A DNA stretch of 37,623 nt from Patescibacteria group bacterium. GTDB lineage: Bacteria; Patescibacteriota; Minisyncoccia; UBA6257; UBA9933. Positions 9,216-19,169 of this stretch are shown here, one piece after another. The position numbers were made by a program, and so were the translations under genes. The notes under the pieces were generated by a model that ran no database searches, had not been told where the DNA came from, and saw nothing but the letters and a program-made list of their open reading frames with translations. The stretch's first letter is position 1. Every line of letters starts with the position of its first letter. The stretch covers positions 1 through 37,623 of the forward strand of contig JBBTPY010000003.1 of the NCBI GenBank assembly GCA_038065955.1, written 5' to 3'.

Positions 9216-9518
9216 ATGGCATTCGCAATTATTCAGACGGGAGGCAAACAATATAAAGTTTCTTCCGGACAAAAATTAAAAATTGAAAAATTAAGCGCCA
9301 AAGAAGGCGAAAATTTTATTTTTGATAAAGTTTTATTAATCGCCGACGGTGAAAATATAAAAATCGGCGCTCCTTATATTGAAGGAGCCAAGATTGAATC
9401 AAAAATTTTAAAACAGGGGAGAGCTCAAAAGAAAATTGTTTTTAAATATCATTCTAAAACCCGTTTTCGAAAGAAAAAGGGCCATAGGCAGTCGTTTACG
9501 GAAGTGGAGATATTATAA
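9216..9518 (+). CDS. rplU: 50S ribosomal protein L21
   Basis: FAIIQTGGKQYKV...KGHRQ. Confidence 0.98.
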   Translation: MAFAIIQTGGKQYKVSSGQKLKIEKLSAKEGENFIFDKVLLIADGENIKIGAPYIEGAKIESKILKQGRAQKKIVFKYHSKTRFRKKKGHRQSFTEVEIL

Positions 9519-9519
9519 T

Positions 9520-9547
9520 TAGCCACTAGCCACTAGTGATTAACTTG
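9520..9547. repeat. Heptamer tandem repeat between convergent rplU and recR
   Basis: tagccac tagccac tagtgat taacttg. Confidence 0.65.
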
Positions 9548-10147
9548 TTAATTTCTTCTTTCAATCGCGTGCGTAAGGGTTTCTTCGTCGGCGAATTCTA
9601 TTTCTCCGCCAGTTGGCATTCCGCGTCCAAGCCGGCTTATTTTTTTACTTAAACCTTCAAGTTCTTTGGCGACGGTCATTGCCTGAAGGTCGCCATAGGT
9701 CGTCGGGTTAGTGGCGATAATAATTTCTTCGGCAATGCCCGCAAGCTCTTTTTTAATGAAATTTTTAAGATTGTTAAGCCGCAGTTTTTGAGCGCTTTCC
9801 AATAAGCCGCTTTTATTCAGTTCACCTAATATCAGATACCGTCCTTTGAATTTTTTTGGCCGTTCCAGAGAAATAAGGTCGGTTTCTTTTTCAATAATCA
9901 TAATAGTTTTTTTGTCGCGATTTTGGTCGCGGCAAATATCGCATAAACTTTCCCGATTGGAATGGACAAAAAAGCAATTTGAGCAGATTTTCATTTGTTT
10001 AAGATTGGAAACGGCGTCGGAGATTTGTTCAATTTTATTTTTTCCTTCAGCGACGAATTTAAAAGCCAGGCGCGTCGCTTGGCGCGGGCCGATTGAAGGA
10101 AGCCGGGAAAAAACATCTATGAAATTTTGAATCGGTTCGGGGAGCAT
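9548..10147 (-). CDS. recR: Recombination protein RecR
   Basis: LPSIGPRQATRLAF, C4 zinc finger, TOPRIM (EIIIATNPT), GGEIEFADEETL. Confidence 0.96.
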   Translation of the reverse strand: MLPEPIQNFIDVFSRLPSIGPRQATRLAFKFVAEGKNKIEQISDAVSNLKQMKICSNCFFVHSNRESLCDICRDQNRDKKTIMIIEKETDLISLERPKKFKGRYLILGELNKSGLLESAQKLRLNNLKNFIKKELAGIAEEIIIATNPTTYGDLQAMTVAKELEGLSKKISRLGRGMPTGGEIEFADEETLTHAIERRN

Positions 10148-10164
10148 TTTTTTTAAATATAATT

Positions 10165-11496
10165 TTAATGAATTTTATCAATTGACTTAAAACTTACTTT
10201 TTCCGGGTCAAATTTAACCTGAACCGAGCCGATTGGGCCGTTGCGGTGTTTGGCGATAATGATTTCCGCTGTGTTGATTTCTTCAATTGAAGGATTAATT
10301 TTATCGCGGTCTTTGCGATAAATAAAAAGCACGATATCGGCGTCTTGTTCCCAGCTTCCGGTTTCACGGAGGTCTGAAAGCCTTGGAATTTTTGTGTCTC
10401 TTTGGTCAACGGCCCGGGTTAATTGAGAAACGGCTAAAATCGGCAAATTAAGTTCGCGCGCCAAAGCTTTCAGTCCATGGCTGATTTCGGTAAATTGCTG
10501 AACGATATTTTCCGAATTCGCGCGCGGCATAATTAACTGGACATAGTCAATAATAATTAAAGACAGATTGCGGCATTCGGCCTGTAATCGGCGCGCCATT
10601 GCCCGGAGATGTAAAATGTTTGGCGAGGGCGTATCGTCAATGTAAATAGGGTGTCTTGACAGGCGGTCCAGCGCTCCCTGAATCATTTCAAATTCAATGG
10701 CATCGGTAAGCCGTCCGGTGCGCAATCGCCAAAGAGGCACACTCGCTTCGGAAGCTATTAAGCGGTCAATTACTTGTTCGCGGGACATTTCCAGTGAAAA
10801 TATCGCCACCGCTTGACCGGTCGAAGACGCGGCCCTGGCAATATCTAATGTTAATGTTGTTTTTCCGAGCGACGGCCGCGCGCCCAAAATTATTAAATCG
10901 GATTTTTGTAACCCGGAAAGGCAATTGTCCAATCCTTCAAAACCGGTAGTAACGCCTCTTAGGCCTTTTTCTCCATGGTGCATTTTTTCTATCCGTTCGT
11001 AGGCGTTTTTAAGTTCGTCTTTAACGAGAATAAAATTTTTGGAAATTGATTTCTGAGCGATGGAAAAAATTTTTTGTTCAATTTCATCAAGCAGATTTTC
11101 GGAGTCTTCGGGATTGTCAAAAACTTTTTCATTGATTTCTGAAGAAGCGGCGATAAGGTCTCTTAAAACTTTTTTGTTGCGGATTATTTTGGCGTAATGG
11201 GCGATGTGGCTTGCCGTCGGCACAGAATTGATAAGTTCGGTAAGGTAGCTGGAGCCGCCGATTTCCGCCAATAATCCTTTATTTTTTAATCGACTAGTGA
11301 CGGACAAGATGTCAATCGGTTCGTTTTTCTCAAAAAGTTCCAAAATTGTTTCAAAAATTTTAATATGAGAATTTGAATAAAAATCTCTGGCCGTGATTAA
11401 GTCAGCCACTCTGATTACGGCGTTTTTATCAAGCATCAGAGCGCCCAAAACAGAGCGCTCGGCTTCTATATCTTGCGGAGGCAATTTAATATTCAT
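10165..11496 (-). CDS. dnaB: Replicative DNA helicase
   Basis: PPQDIEAERSVLG, GARPSLGKT, FSLEM, IIIDYVQL, SDLRETGSWEQDAD, AKHRNG. Confidence 0.98.
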   Translation of the reverse strand: MNIKLPPQDIEAERSVLGALMLDKNAVIRVADLITARDFYSNSHIKIFETILELFEKNEPIDILSVTSRLKNKGLLAEIGGSSYLTELINSVPTASHIAHYAKIIRNKKVLRDLIAASSEINEKVFDNPEDSENLLDEIEQKIFSIAQKSISKNFILVKDELKNAYERIEKMHHGEKGLRGVTTGFEGLDNCLSGLQKSDLIILGARPSLGKTTLTLDIARAASSTGQAVAIFSLEMSREQVIDRLIASEASVPLWRLRTGRLTDAIEFEMIQGALDRLSRHPIYIDDTPSPNILHLRAMARRLQAECRNLSLIIIDYVQLIMPRANSENIVQQFTEISHGLKALARELNLPILAVSQLTRAVDQRDTKIPRLSDLRETGSWEQDADIVLFIYRKDRDKINPSIEEINTAEIIIAKHRNGPIGSVQVKFDPEKVSFKSIDKIH

Positions 11497-12853
11497 AATT
11501 TTTTTTGGCTTTCGGCCCTGAATCCGTGTCTTCTATTACATATCCTAACTTCTCAATTTCTTTTCGCAAGGCGTCCGCCTGAATAAATTGTTTATTAGTT
11601 CTGGATATCTCCCTTTGTTTAATTAAATCATTGATTGCCGGCGGGATTTTAAATGGTTTAATTTTATTTAAATTAAGGCCAAGAACAGCATCGAATTCAA
11701 TAATTAATTTTTTTTTGGTCGTATTGGATATTTTTTTGTTTTTGATAATTTGCCAAATAACGGCAATTGCTTTTGGCGTATTTAAATCGTCATTGATGGC
11801 CGTTAAAAATAATTTTTCATACCCCTTTATTTTTTTATCGTTATTAGCAGTCAGTTGTTGATTATTAGTTGTCGATTGCAAATTGTAAATCAAATTATTC
11901 ATCGCGTTTTGAGCGGCCTTCAAACTGTTCCATGTAAAATTCAGTTTGGAGCGATAATGGGAAGTTAAAATTAAATAACGGAAAGAAGAGGGCTTAAAAC
12001 TTCTGTTTTCAATGTCTTGAAGCGTGTAAAAATTTCCGAGCGATTTGGCCATTTTTTGCCCGTGGACAAGGAGATGTTCGCCGTAAATCCAGTAGTTGGC
12101 GAATTTTTTGCCGGTGGCCGCCTCGGATTGGGCGATTTCGTTTTCGTGGTGAGGGAAAATTAAATCAATGCCGCCGGCGTGAATGTCAAAAGTTTCGCCC
12201 AGATATTTCATGCTCATGGCCGAACATTCAATATGCCAGCCCGGACGGCCGGCCCCCCAGGGACTCGGCCAGGACGGTTCGTCGCGGGCGCGGCGTTTCC
12301 ATAAAACAAAATCTTGCGCTTGTTCTTTATTATATTCATCGGCCGCTATTCGCGCGCCGATTTTTATTTTTCTTTTTTCCAGTCGCGAAAGCCGGCCGTA
12401 ATTTTTAAATTTGGAAATACTGAAATAAATTGAGCCGTCTTGGCCTTGATAGGCGATTTTTTTCGCCATTAATTTTTTTATCAAACCAATCATTTCTTTG
12501 ATGTGCGCGGTAGCCTTGGGATAAACTTCGGCTTTTTCAATATTGAGTTTTTTCAGGTCATTAAAGAAAATTTTAGAATAAAATCCGGTGATTTCCGTCA
12601 GGCTTTTATTTTCCTGCTTCATTTTTTTGATGATTTTATCTTCAATATCCGTGATATTCTGGACTTGTTTGATTTGATAGCCGTTATATTTCAGCGTCCG
12701 GCGCAAAATATCCTCAAAAATATAGGTTCTTAAATTACCCAGATGGGCGGGAGCGTAAACGGTCGGCCCGCAGGTATAGATTTTAGCGAGATTTTTTGAA
12801 ATCGGCGTAAATATTTCTTTTTTTCTTGAGAGAGTATTATAAAGTCTAAGCAC
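11486..12853 (-). CDS. cysS: Cysteinyl-tRNA synthetase
   Basis: [39 protein letters not shown]. Confidence 0.98.
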   Translation of the reverse strand: MLRLYNTLSRKKEIFTPISKNLAKIYTCGPTVYAPAHLGNLRTYIFEDILRRTLKYNGYQIKQVQNITDIEDKIIKKMKQENKSLTEITGFYSKIFFNDLKKLNIEKAEVYPKATAHIKEMIGLIKKLMAKKIAYQGQDGSIYFSISKFKNYGRLSRLEKRKIKIGARIAADEYNKEQAQDFVLWKRRARDEPSWPSPWGAGRPGWHIECSAMSMKYLGETFDIHAGGIDLIFPHHENEIAQSEAATGKKFANYWIYGEHLLVHGQKMAKSLGNFYTLQDIENRSFKPSSFRYLILTSHYRSKLNFTWNSLKAAQNAMNNLIYNLQSTTNNQQLTANNDKKIKGYEKLFLTAINDDLNTPKAIAVIWQIIKNKKISNTTKKKLIIEFDAVLGLNLNKIKPFKIPPAINDLIKQREISRTNKQFIQADALRKEIEKLGYVIEDTDSGPKAKKNYEY

Positions 12854-12931
12854 GTTTTAATTGTATGAAAAAAATAATCAAACGGCAATCGGCTTTTAAT
12901 GATATCTTAATTTTGATAATATTAACCTTGA

Positions 12932-13477
12932 ATGACGGAATATTTTACCGAAGCTTTGGTTTTGGATAAAATGGAAAATAAAGAAGCCGACGGCACGGTT
13001 GTTTTTTATTCTTTTAATTTAGGGAAAGTGTCGGCCAAAGCAAGGAGTCTTAAAAAAATCACTTCAAAATTATCGGCTCATCTCGAGCCGCTTAATTTCG
13101 TCAATGTTCGGTTGATAGAAAAAAACGGTTTTCAGGTCGCCGACGCCTTAACCGTTAATCGCCAGCCGGAATTGAGAAATGACCCGGATGTTTTGGCAAA
13201 ATTTTTAAGAATTATTCAATTTATAAAAACAGCGACTTTTGAACTTCAGCCGGACCAACAGTTGTATTCCGCGATTAAGAAAATTATGTTCGCCAAATAC
13301 GACGAACGGCAGATTTATCGTTTATTGCTTAAAATTTTAGGTTTTGACCCGGAATTCGCCACTTGCCATTTTTGTAATAACGAAAAAACGGAATATTTTT
13401 TAAAAGAGGACGGCATTTTTTTATGCAGGCAATGCGGAGGTTCAAAAATAAAAGAAAATGAGATAGTATTAGTATAA
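12932..13477 (+). CDS. recO: DNA repair protein RecO
   Basis: EAD...GKVSAKARSLKKITSKL..HLEP OB fold; C-terminal CxxC...CxxC. Confidence 0.88.
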   Translation: MTEYFTEALVLDKMENKEADGTVVFYSFNLGKVSAKARSLKKITSKLSAHLEPLNFVNVRLIEKNGFQVADALTVNRQPELRNDPDVLAKFLRIIQFIKTATFELQPDQQLYSAIKKIMFAKYDERQIYRLLLKILGFDPEFATCHFCNNEKTEYFLKEDGIFLCRQCGGSKIKENEIVLV

Positions 13478-13481
13478 CAGT

Positions 13482-15359
13482 ATGTTGGAAGATTTGGAAA
13501 AACAACTTTACAGCCGGAAAGGGATTAAAAAAGAAGAAGACAATAAAGCGGAATCGTCGTTATCAGCCGAACAAAAAAAATCGTATCAGACTGTTTGGAA
13601 TGACAAAGAAATAAAGCCGGTCGGCGGAAGTTTAACGCGGCTGATTTCAAAAATCGGCCATTTCGGGAAAATCGTTTTTTGGTTCGCGGCCGTAACAATG
13701 ATAATTTTAATCGGCGCCACCGGTTTTTATTTTTATGAGTATTTCTCGTCTGACAGAGAAATACTTTTTGAAGTTTCCGGTCCGAAAACGGCAATGGCAG
13801 GCGTTCCCTTTGATATCACGGTTAATTTCAGCAACGATTCAAAAGACGCGCTGGAAGGCGTTTCTCTGTCAATATTTTTACCGGAAAACGGCATTGTTTT
13901 AGGGGGCGAAGCGGATAAGCGCGTTGTTTTAAAAGAAATCGGCGCCGTTGAATCAAACGGCAGTTTTCAGGAAAAAATTTCAGTAGCGGTTTTTGGCGAA
14001 GGGCAAACAATAAAAAATTTTAATATTTCCATCAGTTACGCTTCGGTTCTAAAGAGCCGTTTTGAAAAAAAACAAGAATTCGGGATAACAATTAAAGAAC
14101 CGGGGATAAAATTGGATTTAATCGCTCCGGAAAAAGTTTTAAATAATGAAGAGTTTGAAATTGCGGTCAATTATTCAAACGTTTCAGATTTTGATTTTTC
14201 TGGCGTTCGACTTAATCTTGATTTTCCCGAGGGATTTGTTTTGAAAAAATCCGAACCTCAACTTGTCGCCGGATTTTCAGGAAGCGTTTTGGAAATAGGC
14301 GGTCTTCCTAAAAACGGAGAAGGAAAAATTTTGATTTTCGGAAAAATAATAAAAACAGAACAAAAGTTTTTTGACATTAAATCGCGCCTTTCGGCCAATT
14401 ATAAGGGAAAAATTTTTGAAGTCGGCAATAAAACGGCGACTGTCAATATCGCGCCGTCGCCTCTTATGTTTGCGATTAACTTAAATGATTTTCAGGGGCA
14501 GGCCGTTTTTCCGGGCCAATCATTAAGATATCGTTTGGATTATCAAAATACTTCTAATGTCGGATTAGTTGACGCGGTGATAAAAGTTAAACTTACGGGA
14601 GAAATGTTTGATTTTACCGTCTTAAAAACAAATGGATTTTTTGATTCACGGACAAATACCGTTATTTGGAACGCGGCCAATACGCAGTCGCTTTCTTTAA
14701 TTGAGCCAGGCGGCGGAGGAAGCGCGGAATTTGAAATCGGAGTAAAAGAAAATTATCCGATAAAAAGATTATCCGATAAAAATTTCATTTTAAAAACGGA
14801 GGGAGAAATTTCGTCGCCCACCGTTCCTTATTATGTTTCAGCCGATAAAACAATCGGCTTAGCCAGTCATAGCGTTAAAGTGGCGGGCAATGTCGTCATT
14901 GAGTCTCTTATTTATTTTAATAAAGGAGCGTTGCCTCCGAAAGTCAATTCGCCGACGACTTTTACGGTTCATTTGGTAATCAGAAATTACGCCACTGACA
15001 TCAAGGATATAAATATTAAATCTTATCTTTTATCGGGCATTCATTTTATCGGCGTTTCTTCCAGTACGAGCGGTTTGGCGCCGGTTTACAATGAAAGAAC
15101 TCAAGAAATAGTTTGGACGATTGATAAAATTTTAGCGGGCAAAGGAACGGCGACTAAACCGATTGAAGCGGTTTTTCAAATAGAGGCCGTGCCGAATATT
15201 ACTCAAATCGGGGCGGAAATGCCGTTGATGTCGGAGGTTTCAATTATGGCGGTTGACGAATTCACGAATATTGAATTAAATAACAAAGCCGAAGGATTGA
15301 CTTCCGGTTCTTTGATGGACGCCGGTTTTGATAAAAAAATGGGAGAAGTGGCGCCGTAG
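13482..15359 (+). CDS. Single-pass membrane protein with repeated Ig-like (DUF11-like) domains
   Basis: TM near aa 64-85; repeated beta-rich modules (YRLDYQNTS..., VIWN, IVWTI). Confidence 0.6.
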   Translation: MLEDLEKQLYSRKGIKKEEDNKAESSLSAEQKKSYQTVWNDKEIKPVGGSLTRLISKIGHFGKIVFWFAAVTMIILIGATGFYFYEYFSSDREILFEVSGPKTAMAGVPFDITVNFSNDSKDALEGVSLSIFLPENGIVLGGEADKRVVLKEIGAVESNGSFQEKISVAVFGEGQTIKNFNISISYASVLKSRFEKKQEFGITIKEPGIKLDLIAPEKVLNNEEFEIAVNYSNVSDFDFSGVRLNLDFPEGFVLKKSEPQLVAGFSGSVLEIGGLPKNGEGKILIFGKIIKTEQKFFDIKSRLSANYKGKIFEVGNKTATVNIAPSPLMFAINLNDFQGQAVFPGQSLRYRLDYQNTSNVGLVDAVIKVKLTGEMFDFTVLKTNGFFDSRTNTVIWNAANTQSLSLIEPGGGGSAEFEIGVKENYPIKRLSDKNFILKTEGEISSPTVPYYVSADKTIGLASHSVKVAGNVVIESLIYFNKGALPPKVNSPTTFTVHLVIRNYATDIKDINIKSYLLSGIHFIGVSSSTSGLAPVYNERTQEIVWTIDKILAGKGTATKPIEAVFQIEAVPNITQIGAEMPLMSEVSIMAVDEFTNIELNNKAEGLTSGSLMDAGFDKKMGEVAP

Positions 15360-15413
15360 CAAGTATTAAGTATACAAAATAATAATTTTATAGGGGAACA
15401 TTTAATGTTTCAG

Positions 15414-15457
15414 TCAATTTCGGTTATTTCAACGATCGTTGAAATAACCGAAATTGA
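15414..15457. repeat. Perfect 44-bp palindrome
   Basis: tcaatttcggttatttcaacga|tcgttgaaataaccgaaattga. Confidence 0.95.
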
Positions 15458-15468
15458 TATGATATAAT
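15439..15468 (+). promoter_or_regulatory. Sigma70-type promoter of glyS
   Basis: TTGAAA-N18-TATAAT with extended -10 (TGaTATAAT). Confidence 0.7.
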
Positions 15469-15479
15469 AAAAAATCAAA

Positions 15480-16865
15480 ATGCAAAATGACAATTTTCCG
15501 CCAGTGGCGGATCAGCCTCGGGCTGAAAAATTTAAAAATGATTTAATGGATAAAATTGTAAGTCTTTGCAAGAGAAGAGGTTTTATTTATCCGGGGTCGG
15601 AAATTTACGGCGGCTTGTCAAATTCATGGGATTATGGCCCTTTGGGCGTTGAACTGAAAAATAACGTTAAAAGCGAATGGTGGAAAGAAATGACAAGGCG
15701 GCGCGAAAATATCGTCGGCCTTGACGCAGCAATTTTGATGTCGCCGAAAGTTTGGCAGGCTTCGGGCCATTTGACGGCCGGTTTTGCCGACCTATTGGTT
15801 GAATGTAAAAAATGTCATCATCGTTTCAGAAAAGACCATCTTCAAAATGAAAAATGCCCGGATTGCGGAGGCGATTTAACGGAGGAGAAAAAATTCAATT
15901 TGATGATGAAAACTTTTGTCGGGCCGGTGGAAGACGAAGCGGCAGTCGCTTATTTAAGAGCGGAAACCTGCCAGGGGATTTACGTCAATTATAAAAACGT
16001 TTTAGATTCAACGCGCTTGAAAATTCCTTTTGGAATCGCCCAAATCGGCAAAGCGTTCCGCAATGAAATCACGCCGGGTAATTTCACTTACCGGACGAGA
16101 GAATTTGAGCAGATGGAAATGCAATTTTTCATCGCGCCGGGCGAGAATAAGAAATGGTTTGATTTTTGGAAAGAAGAGAGAATGAAATGGTATTTAAATC
16201 TGGGAATCAAAAAAGAAAATTTGAGATTTAAGGAACACAAAAAAGAAGATTTGGCCCATTACGCCAGAGCCGGCGTTGACATTGAATATAAATTTCCGTT
16301 CGGCTGGAACGAAATTGAGGGCATTCACGACCGGGGCGACTGGGATTTGTCCAATCACGGCAAACACAGCGGAAAAGATTTGTCTTATTTTAACGAAGAG
16401 ACGAAAGAAAAATTTATCCCTCATATTATTGAAACTTCGGTCGGAGCCGACCGTTCAACTCTCGCGTTTTTCATAGAAAGTTATCGTGAGGAAGCCGTGC
16501 TTGCCGGCAGGCAGGTCATGCCTACCGGTAGGCAGGAAAAGCGCGTTTATTTGAATTTCGCGCCGGTTTTGGCGCCGTATAAAATCGCGGTTTTTCCGCT
16601 TTTGGCGAATAAGCCGACATTAGTTGAATTGGCCGGAAAAATTTACGGCGATTTGCGCGAGGAGTTTATGGTTGCTTACGATGACCGCGGGAACATCGGA
16701 AAGCGTTATTATTCCCAAGACGAGATAGGCACGCCGTTTTGTATTACTGTTGATTTTCAAACATTAGAAGACGATGCCGTTACCGTTCGTGAACGCGATA
16801 CGGCAAAACAAGAAAGAGTGAAAATTGGCGAATTATCCGATTGGCTGAAAAGTAAATTGGTTTAA
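15480..16865 (+). CDS. glyQS: Glycyl-tRNA synthetase, alpha2 (class IIa) type
   Basis: KRRGF..GSEIYGG, WDYGPLG, YLRAETCQG, AQIGKAFRNEI, REFEQME, QDEIGTP. Confidence 0.97.
   Translation: MQNDNFPPVADQPRAEKFKNDLMDKIVSLCKRRGFIYPGSEIYGGLSNSWDYGPLGVELKNNVKSEWWKEMTRRRENIVGLDAAILMSPKVWQASGHLTAGFADLLVECKKCHHRFRKDHLQNEKCPDCGGDLTEEKKFNLMMKTFVGPVEDEAAVAYLRAETCQGIYVNYKNVLDSTRLKIPFGIAQIGKAFRNEITPGNFTYRTREFEQMEMQFFIAPGENKKWFDFWKEERMKWYLNLGIKKENLRFKEHKKEDLAHYARAGVDIEYKFPFGWNEIEGIHDRGDWDLSNHGKHSGKDLSYFNEETKEKFIPHIIETSVGADRSTLAFFIESYREEAVLAGRQVMPTGRQEKRVYLNFAPVLAPYKIAVFPLLANKPTLVELAGKIYGDLREEFMVAYDDRGNIGKRYYSQDEIGTPFCITVDFQTLEDDAVTVRERDTAKQERVKIGELSDWLKSKLV
15497..15526 (+). repeat. Twin-hairpin mini-element in the GlyRS N-terminal extension
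   Basis: tccgcc-agt-ggcgga followed by tcagcc-tcg-ggctga. Confidence 0.75.
16498..16536 (+). repeat. Two tandem palindromic mini-elements inside the GlyRS gene
   Basis: tgcttgccggcaggcagg and tgcctaccggtaggcagg. Confidence 0.8.
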
Positions 16866-16867
16866 AT

Positions 16868-18139
16868 ATGCGAAATTTCAATAAAATTACATTAGAAAAC
16901 GGTTTAAGAATTATTACCGCGCCGAAACCGGATAGTTTGACGGTTACGGTTTTGGTTTTGGTTGAAGCCGGTTCAAAATACGAAACAAAAGAAATAAACG
17001 GCATTTCGCATTTTTTAGAGCATATGTGTTTTAAGGGGACGAAAAAGCGTCCGCGTTCAATTGATATTAATTCGGAATTTGACGGCATAGGAGCTGTTAA
17101 TAACGCTTTTACCGGCCATGAATATACCGGTTATTACGCTGTTGCCGAGCCAAGGCATTTTGATAAAATTTTGGATTTAGTTTCGGATATTTATCTTAAT
17201 TCCGTATTGCCGGAGAAAGAAATTGACAAAGAAAGGGGAGTGATTATTGAAGAAATAAATATGTATGAAGATTTGCTGAAAAGAAAAGTTCAGGAATTGT
17301 TTACGGGTTTGCTTTACGGCGACCAGCCCGCGGGCTGGGATATTGCCGGCAGAAAAGAAGTCATTCAAAAATTAAGCAGAAACGATTTTTTAAAATATCG
17401 CGACGAGCATTATTTGGCTCAAGCGACGATTATCGCGGCAGCCGGCAATATTCCGGAACAAGCCGTTGAAAAAATAAAAAAAATATTCGGCGGCGTAAAA
17501 ATCGGCGATAAAATCGGTAAAATCAAAACTATTGAAAAACAAAAGAAGCCGGAAGTTATGACGCGATTTAAAAAAACCAGTCAGGCGCATTTGGTATTGG
17601 GGGTTCGGGCTTTTGATATTTTTGACGAACGCCGCCACGCCGTAAATGTCTTGGCAGACATATTGGGAGGTTCAATGAGTTCGCGGCTTTTTCAGAAAAT
17701 ACGCGAGGAAATGGGTGCGGCTTATTATGTCGGCGTGGACGCCGATTTATACACGGACCACGGTTATTTGGCCGCTTTCGCCGGCGTTGACAATAAAAAA
17801 ATCATAGAGGTAATAGAGGCGATTCTTGAAGAATTTAAAAAAATGGCCGTTCAAAAAGTCGCGGAAAAAGAACTTCAAAAAGCCAAAGACCATTTAACCG
17901 GTACGATGATGATTTCTCTGGAAACTGCCGACGCTTTGGCGAATTTTTACGGCGGTCAGGAACTTATGACAAAAGAAATTTTGACTCCCAAAGAATTGGC
18001 GGTGAAAATTCAGGCGGTCAAAGCCGAAGAAATTCAGGCGGTCGCCAAAGATATTTTTCAGAATAATAAGCTTAATCTGGCTATTATCGGGCCGTTTAAA
18101 GATAAGGAACGGTTTGAAAAGATATTGACTTTGCGATAG
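16868..18139 (+). CDS. M16 (pitrilysin-family) zinc peptidase
   Basis: GISHFLEH (HxxEH), NAFT, ERGVIIEE, SSRLFQKIRE. Confidence 0.93.
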   Translation: MRNFNKITLENGLRIITAPKPDSLTVTVLVLVEAGSKYETKEINGISHFLEHMCFKGTKKRPRSIDINSEFDGIGAVNNAFTGHEYTGYYAVAEPRHFDKILDLVSDIYLNSVLPEKEIDKERGVIIEEINMYEDLLKRKVQELFTGLLYGDQPAGWDIAGRKEVIQKLSRNDFLKYRDEHYLAQATIIAAAGNIPEQAVEKIKKIFGGVKIGDKIGKIKTIEKQKKPEVMTRFKKTSQAHLVLGVRAFDIFDERRHAVNVLADILGGSMSSRLFQKIREEMGAAYYVGVDADLYTDHGYLAAFAGVDNKKIIEVIEAILEEFKKMAVQKVAEKELQKAKDHLTGTMMISLETADALANFYGGQELMTKEILTPKELAVKIQAVKAEEIQAVAKDIFQNNKLNLAIIGPFKDKERFEKILTLR

Positions 18140-18149
18140 AATAAATTAT

Positions 18150-19169
18150 ATGGCTAATTTTGAAATTTCATGGGAATCTTTATGGCGCGTTCTTTTTATG
18201 ATGGTTTTTGCCGTCGCGCTTTTTCTGATTAAAGACGTTTTAATGATTCTTTTTCTGGCGTTGGTGATTTCTTCCGCTCTTGACGCGCCGGTAAATTTTT
18301 TGGAACGCCGCAAAATTCCAAGAATTTTAGGAGCGCTTATTATTTTTATATTCGCTTTGGCGGTTTTAGCGTTGCTTTTATATATTGTCGTTCCGATCGC
18401 TTTTGACGAATTAAGAAGCGTTTTAAAATTATTCTTGCCGCAGATTAAAATAGAATCTCTTTTCAAAAGTTTGGATTATAACCAGCTTATCAATAATTTT
18501 GAATCCAGTTTTAAAAATCTTGCGAATATCTTGGTATCCGGCGGCGTTTCTTTTATTGACGCCGTTTTGGCGGTTTTCGGCGGAATCGCTTTTGCGAGCG
18601 CGGCGGCGGTTATTTCGTTTTATATGGCGGCGAGCCGCAATGGAGTGGAGAGATTTTTAATAGCTGTTTTACCGGCCGATGCCGAAGAATACGTGCTTAG
18701 AATTTATCTTAGGGCTAAACATAAACTTGGTCTTTGGGCAAAGGGGCAATTAGTTTTAAGTTTTGTCGTCGGCTTGTTGGTTTTTCTCGGTTTGCAGATT
18801 TTAGGAGTAAAATACAGTTTGATTTTGGGAATTTTAGCAGGAATTTTTGAGATTGTGCCGTTTGTCGGGCCAGTAATAATCGGCATTTTAGCTTTTCTAA
18901 TAGCGGTCGCCGAATCTTGGGGGATTGGTTTTGCCGTTATGGCGCTTTTTTTGGCGATTCAGCAATTGGAAAATCACTTATTGATTCCTTTAGTAATGAA
19001 GCGAACAGTTGGTCTTCATCCGATTTTCGTGATTTTTGCGATGCTCGCCGGCGCTCAAATAGCCGGTTTTATCGGCGTAATTTTGGCGGTGCCAACTGCG
19101 GTAATTATTCAAGAAATTATTGAAGACAGAGCCGCGAAAAAAAAGAGACAAACAGAAATTGAATTCTAA
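18150..19169 (+). CDS. AI-2E family (PerM-like) transporter
   Basis: Multi-TM; IVPFVGP, QQLENHLLIP, VGLHP, GVILAVP. Confidence 0.92.
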   Translation: MANFEISWESLWRVLFMMVFAVALFLIKDVLMILFLALVISSALDAPVNFLERRKIPRILGALIIFIFALAVLALLLYIVVPIAFDELRSVLKLFLPQIKIESLFKSLDYNQLINNFESSFKNLANILVSGGVSFIDAVLAVFGGIAFASAAAVISFYMAASRNGVERFLIAVLPADAEEYVLRIYLRAKHKLGLWAKGQLVLSFVVGLLVFLGLQILGVKYSLILGILAGIFEIVPFVGPVIIGILAFLIAVAESWGIGFAVMALFLAIQQLENHLLIPLVMKRTVGLHPIFVIFAMLAGAQIAGFIGVILAVPTAVIIQEIIEDRAAKKKRQTEIEF

